This document shows positions 60,401-64,000 of a stretch of DNA of 64,000 bases, in pieces (the first letter of the stretch is position 1; every line of letters starts with the position of its first letter). Below the pieces are notes generated by a model. The model saw only the letters and a program-made list of their open reading frames with translations. It was not told the DNA's origin and searched no databases. This DNA comes from a bacterium (GTDB lineage: Bacteria > UBA8248). The position numbers were made by a program, and so were the translations under genes. The DNA is taken from NCBI GenBank assembly GCA_965213685.1, contig CBDBZY010000064.1, forward strand, positions 1,440,001-1,504,000. The letters run 5' to 3'.

Positions 60401-62395
60401 CTGGTCTCAGGTGGTGTTGTTGTGTTGCCTTGTTTTGTATTGAATAGGTCTCATAGATTTAATCATGTACATGTAGGAGTCAAACAGCCAACAAATGCGC
60501 AGAAAGTGTTCAGCCAATATCAGTGTTCATGTATGGATGTACGTACCTTTGTGTATGTTCATACACATGTATATGTACATATACATGTAACCCTCCTTGA
60601 TTTTCTGTTGTCAGGTGCTATATTCTCACATAGTGTCAGACTTGAAGAGAATTAACTCAAAGCACAAGAACAATAAAGTGAATCGAGTGAGGCCCTTTTG
60701 TATTACTTGCATGTATGATTGAGTTGATGTACATGTACATGTACATTGTACATACGTGTATGTGAATGATATTGGCAATATACATCTGTACATGATATCT
60801 ACATGTACATCCTTACATTTAATTTCTGTGGCTTTTTTTGGCACTGCCATTCCTATATCCTTCTATGTTTTGGACAATTCTTTGAATACTTTTTTCTTGC
60901 TTGCTAGTACATTAAGGAGAATGTTGTTCTTGAAAGAAGAACATCATCCTTTAGACTATTGTACACCAAAAAATCACACAAAGTATAAAAGGTTCCCCAA
61001 CTTTAAGAGATAATGTTCAAGCCCCTCCCTATCCCCATATCTCTGTTGCTGACAGGTAGCAATAGCTGCTATGATCACTGATTTGTATCCAGCAAACAAA
61101 TCAGTGATCATAGCAGCCATTGCTACCCGTCAGCAACAGAGATATGATTTGTTTGCTTGATTCTGAAAGAAAGTTTTTTTCAGAATCCAGCAAACAAATC
61201 AGTGATCAGAGTGTCAAAACGCGAGTGTTTACAAGTTAGGAAGGCTTTCCAATGTACGTGCACTATGGGTGTGTCGGCACCATCCATACATAGAGAGTCT
61301 ACTGACTTTCTGAAACACTCTGTATTGCACAGCTACTAATGTTCATGATCCACATGCTTAAAGCAGTATCATAATACATTTGTACTACATGTACATTTTT
61401 TGAAACACTTTTTGACTGGTGCCATATGTACATGATGTGTATTGTCATTACCTGATGTTTTATATGCATATCTTACCACAGACACTGCAGAACTTCATGT
61501 ATGCTATGTTGAAGGATAGCCACCCAGTAGCTGCAAGAATGTCTCTGGTAAGGTTGTGGCACACATGTAGTAAATGTGTATGTCAGAGAGCTACTATAGT
61601 GCTTAACATGGCAAGTACATGTACATAATATTATAATCCAAATGAATGTTTGATGTACATATAAATGTGTAGTATGTAGGTATGTCATCATCATTTGCTG
61701 TCCTCTGTTAGGATGTGATGGTAGAGCTGTACAGGAAGAATATATGGTAAACCTGGACATGTACACATGTCAATGTACACACTTACATATACATATACAG
61801 TATGTAGAGCTACTTTTCCCTCTACATGTAGTACCAGGAGCTTATGAGCGGCGAAGCCATGACGCAACTTCGCCGCTCATAAGCTCCTAGTACATAATAG
61901 TTAACAGTGTATGACATACATATATGTGTACTGTGTGCTAGTGTTATATTCCTGCTGCAGGCGTGATGTAAAGACAGTCAATGTTCTTACCACTGCCTGT
62001 TTTTCTCCGGTTACCAAGGTATATATCTGCACACATGTACGTACATGTACATGTACATGCATGTATATATGTGTAGGTGTGATGCTTCTATACATATACG
62101 TATGTACAACTACTTTTCTACCAGTAGTACTTTTCAGAGTCAAGTTCACGTGTTGGACTCCTTGAGATACATCATAGTATGTGTGTTTTGTATCCCCTTA
62201 CCTGTACAGATCATGGCTACTGCTCTGCGGTTCTTCCTCACTGGAGATGAGGTGGCAGAGGAAAGGGAGACTGAATCAAGCGATGAGAGTGGGACAGAAG
62301 CCCTTGCACTGCGGGACATGGTGCTGTCGAGACAGATTATCAAGAGTGGGAGAAAGAGAGAGAGGAAGGTAGCACGAGCCAAGGCAATTCTCAAG
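54406..62395 (+). CDS. SDAD1: Protein SDA1 homolog (60S ribosome biogenesis), first 10 exons, 3'-incomplete
   Basis: Exons 54406-54501, 55401-55505, 55802-55900, 59351-59406, 59824-59878, 60615-60686, 61482-61547, 61712-61746, 61961-62018, 62210-62395, all GT-AG and in phase. Diagnostic peptides: [88 protein letters not shown]. Confidence 0.96.
54530..54690 (+). mobile_element. tRNA-derived repeat family B copy
   Basis: gtgatattgagaattgtgaaggct leader, then GGCCATAGCTCAGGTGGTAGAGCACTGAC..GGTTCAATCC, then a ggtttttcacggttctctaaaatattccc tail. Confidence 0.75.
55960..58745 (+). mobile_element. Degenerate SWIM zinc-finger transposon gene (Kolobok-type accessory gene, possibly YqaJ-associated) in SDA1 intron 3
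   Basis: LPDVQYPDI..YTHQQLKVYKSLEAYKQFVDGWV..VVKARVRHSQ..AHCTCMANLGEVCSHIAA (SWIM CxC..CxH), then STSCTSLPCLW after an insertion. Frameshifted. Confidence 0.6.
56525..57037 (+). mobile_element. Helentron/DINE-1-like element interrupting the SWIM remnant
   Basis: 5' TTAACCGTC..GAGGGTTA inverted pair, then (TGTC)n. 3' GAGGGTT followed by a GCACTTTAGTGC mini-hairpin and a T-run. A related 5' end lies on the minus strand at about 58270-58301. Confidence 0.6.
61036..61146. repeat. About 110-bp near-perfect palindrome
   Basis: catatctctgttgctgac.ggtagcaat.gctgctatgatcactgatttgt / acaaatcagtgatcatagcagc.attgctacc.gtcagcaacagagatatg with a 9-nt loop. Confidence 0.8.
61831..61893. repeat. Isolated GC-rich hairpin in SDA1 intron 8
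   Basis: AGGAGCTTATGAGCGGCGAAG / CTTCGCCGCTCATAAGCTCCT perfect 21-bp stem with an 11-nt loop. Confidence 0.8.
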
Positions 62396-63842
62396 GTAGG
62401 AACTCAGCATGGACAACTGTATGATGCTGTTCCCACTAAGTTCAGCATGGCGTCCAGATGAAAAAAAGAGATGTAGGGACGGGGTTACTTGTGTAGCCTT
62501 TGTATGCCCTGTCTTGCTTGCAAACTACCATGCCTACACCTATATACATGTAGGTTTTTGGCACTGGCATCTCTACATCCCTCTACATTTTGGAGAATGT
62601 TTTATACTTACACATACATGTACATGTACATTGACTGGAGATGTTACATTAGAATGTGCAGGTGCATTATCAAGCAAAGGTGATGCTTTGGCTGTTATCC
62701 CCTTTTCCTTCAAGTGCAATGTCACTGCTGCAACAAAACCAGTTAAAGAAATATATCTGAGTTCATCCATGCAGTTTCTGTGAGCAGTAGTGGATAGGCA
62801 GTGCTTTCTTGATACATGTACATGTATGCTTAAAGCAGCTGGCATTTGCTGCCTTGCCAATCACTATCAAAGGCAACTTGTGCAACCCAGCTGCATTTGA
62901 GCATGTCATCAATGTAACACATATTTTCAGCTTCTTGATGGCAAAAGCTGTATCTCTGACCTACATGTACACATGCGTACATGCAAGAGAAGACACCCTT
63001 AGGGCCATAGGCCTGTAGCGCAGTGCTGTTTCATCACAATTGTACAGCTGGTCAAGACTAATAGGCCTTCCTGTTCAAGCAAGTCCTGTACCTCTTTCTT
63101 AAATCGGAGTCAGTAGATCAGGATGTACCAAGGTGACCTCACTCTCAGTGGTCATCTCAACATGGCCCTTGTAGACACCTTGACTGCCACAGTACATCTA
63201 GTTTACCACTTCTCCATCTCACCACATCAGGCTTGTTTGACACACATTTAGTTGTTTTCAGTTGTGGCTGGCTGGCTCTTGTGGTCTGGAATGAAAGCTG
63301 TGTGCCATGCAGTACATCTCACTGCACGTTCCACTGGGAAGTCAGTAGACCCTCAGTTGACACTTGATGGCATATCCACAGCTGCCATGACCACCATGAC
63401 TGACACATTTACCATGACCACACAGGTACCTCGAATACCATGACTGCCTTGGCTACCTTCTTCACATATTTCCTTGTATCCTCGTATAGTATTACGTAGG
63501 TGGAATGAGGTCATGAATATCGCATTTGTGTGTGTATTTGCATGTAAACATCAGTCAAAGAGACAAGGCAAGGTAAAGCATCTATGCCTGAAGATAGCAG
63601 TTGTTTTCCATGGAAAAAGATCAGCTGCCTCAGGTGGGACTCAATCCCATGACATACTGCATATCATGCAGATGCTCTACCAACTGAGCTACCGATATAC
63701 ATGTATGTATGTATATATGTACAGGTGTATGTGTCCGTATTATGTACTGTACATGTACTTATGCATGTACACTGTACAGTACATATACTACATAAGTGGA
63801 TGAAGCTAAGGATAGGAAGACTTGACAGTCAAATCCCTATGA

Positions 63843-64000
<158 letters not shown>

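Overview
Eukaryotic (animal) genomic DNA, intron-rich and full of transposons. A demosponge origin is inferred from the repeat landscape and the style of the death-fold domains; this cannot be proven from the sequence. Three spliced genes were reconstructed by hand with GT-AG boundaries and consistent phases. (1) A complete 7-exon PP2A catalytic subunit (minus, 28607-15027, 309 aa) with a non-canonical C-terminus: RRIPDYFM instead of RRTPDYFL. (2) A 16-exon, about 981-aa gene (minus, 51511-30511) joining a CARD-like death-fold domain and a long S/P/Q-rich linker to an intersectin-L-like PH-C2 module, with no DH domain. (3) The first 10 exons of SDA1/SDAD1 (plus, 54406-62395, incomplete). A tandem Death-domain pseudogene lies between genes 2 and 3. 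Bases 1-14.6 kb are a nest of transposon remnants: piggyBac-like MITEs, a Mutator-like transposase, a LINE RT, and nested TAG..CTA elements with 9-bp target-site duplications and RecQ-helicase fragments (AcademH-like), down to a 20-bp element. The introns carry tRNA-derived repeats, Tc1/mariner-type MITEs, Helentron-like elements, foldback repeats and a pervasive self-complementary (TACATG)n microsatellite.
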